Notes under the pieces: generated by a model | Databases searched by the model: none | What the model saw: only the letters and a program-made list of their open reading frames with translations | Told to the model about the DNA's origin: nothing | Part shown: one piece after another, positions 63,163 to 64,000 of the stretch | How the letters are laid out: the number at the start of each line of letters is the position of its first letter | Position numbering within the stretch: the first letter of the stretch is position 1 | Source: Raillietiella orientalis | Taxonomy: Eukaryota | Reading direction: 5' to 3' | DNA length: 64,000 nt | NCBI GenBank assembly: GCA_036172245.1 | Contig: JAYWIR010000092.1 | Location: 186,001-250,000 of the forward strand | Program-made: the position numbers and the translations under genes

Positions 63163-64000
63163 CGCAAGCCGGTCGACTGCGTCGACCAGGATCTCCTTCT
63201 GGAGCTCCTGGAACGCATGGGTTTCCCGTCCGTGCTCCGGTCTAACCTGCGTTCCTGCTGGCGCAACGCGTATATAAATATTGGTTTCAGCGGCCTGCAC
63301 GTGTACGGCGTGCCAGTTCGCCGCGGCATCCGGCAGGGTGACAGTTTGAACCCTTTGCTCTTCAGCATCTACTTCGAGTTGGTGCTGAGGGCATACAGGG
63401 TAACTCTGGCAACACTACCGAGCTCGTGTGCCGGCACGCCAGCCGTGTCGGCCTATGCAGATGATCTTCTGCTGCTGCTTCCTGGGTTCACCCCGGCAAG
63501 TGCACTCGAGGAATTCTTCGAGTTGCTGCGCCGCGGGACGGGCCTGGAGGAGAACAGGGCGAAGGCAACGATGGCTTGTGTTGGCTCGGCGTGGGCTGGA
63601 CGGTCGGACTGGATCCGCTTGGGGATCCCCACGTGCAGGTGCTTCAAGTACCTTGGCGTTCCGTTGGGGGAATACTGCGCAGCAGAAGCCTGGTCCGACC
63701 GTCTCCAAAAGGCAGCGTTGGCGATCGGTTTGTTCCAAGAAACCAAGTTCTACCTGCAGAAACAGGCCGCGGTGTGGAACGCGTTTGCGGTTCCCCTTTT
63801 TCGCCTTCTCCAAAGGGAGGTCCCGTGTGAGGCTCAAAGACTTGTGCGCTCCACTTAAGGACGGTGGACTTGGCGTACTTACGCTGGAGCGCATGGAACT
63901 GCAACTCCAGTTCAGGACTCCCGCCCTCGCGGCCGAATTGTGGGATACGCCTTGGTGCGTTCCAGCACGCTTCCTGGCCCAACGAACCTGCGGATCTGGC
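63163..64000 (+). mobile_element. Copy O: family-1 RT from motif A onward
   Basis: cgcaagccggtcgactgcgtcgaccag (RKPVDCVDQ, equivalent to RKAFDCVDQ), IRQGDSLNPLLF, AYADD, KYLG. Confidence 0.93.

Noticed and set aside
1..64000. Bacterial RT systems (DGR, retron, group II intron) or LTR elements
   Set aside because: The RT is linked to an APE endonuclease and a gag-like ORF1; there is no integrase, protease, LTR or template/variable repeat pair.

Overview
Eukaryotic, probably arthropod, gene-free DNA made almost entirely of nested non-LTR retrotransposons of the L1/Tx1 type. ORF1 carries CCHC zinc knuckles; ORF2 carries an APE endonuclease, a reverse transcriptase (RT) and a C-terminal cysteine motif. 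At least 3-4 subfamilies are present on both strands and every copy is truncated or disrupted. The window also holds an old zinc-finger 5' remnant of an RLE-type (R2/NeSL/Utopia-like) element, a degraded mitochondrial insertion (rrnL followed by nad1), a 1.6-kb inverted duplication and very decayed LINE relics. The main observation is that the nesting is not random. Copies repeatedly sit antisense inside relatives at the same codons of ORF2: three junctions at RT motif A (KAFD) and two at a GFGD site. The 5' and 3' junctions are offset by about 15-16 bp, and the 3' flanks preferentially start with ATC(G). The elements end in a conserved AATAAA-hairpin-GTGA(G/A)AA module with no poly(A) tail, preceded by a covarying 3'UTR structure. 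I infer a self-targeting Tx1-like retrotransposon system that inactivates its relatives. Copy labels A-O are mine, and boundaries were read by eye (approximate for old copies).
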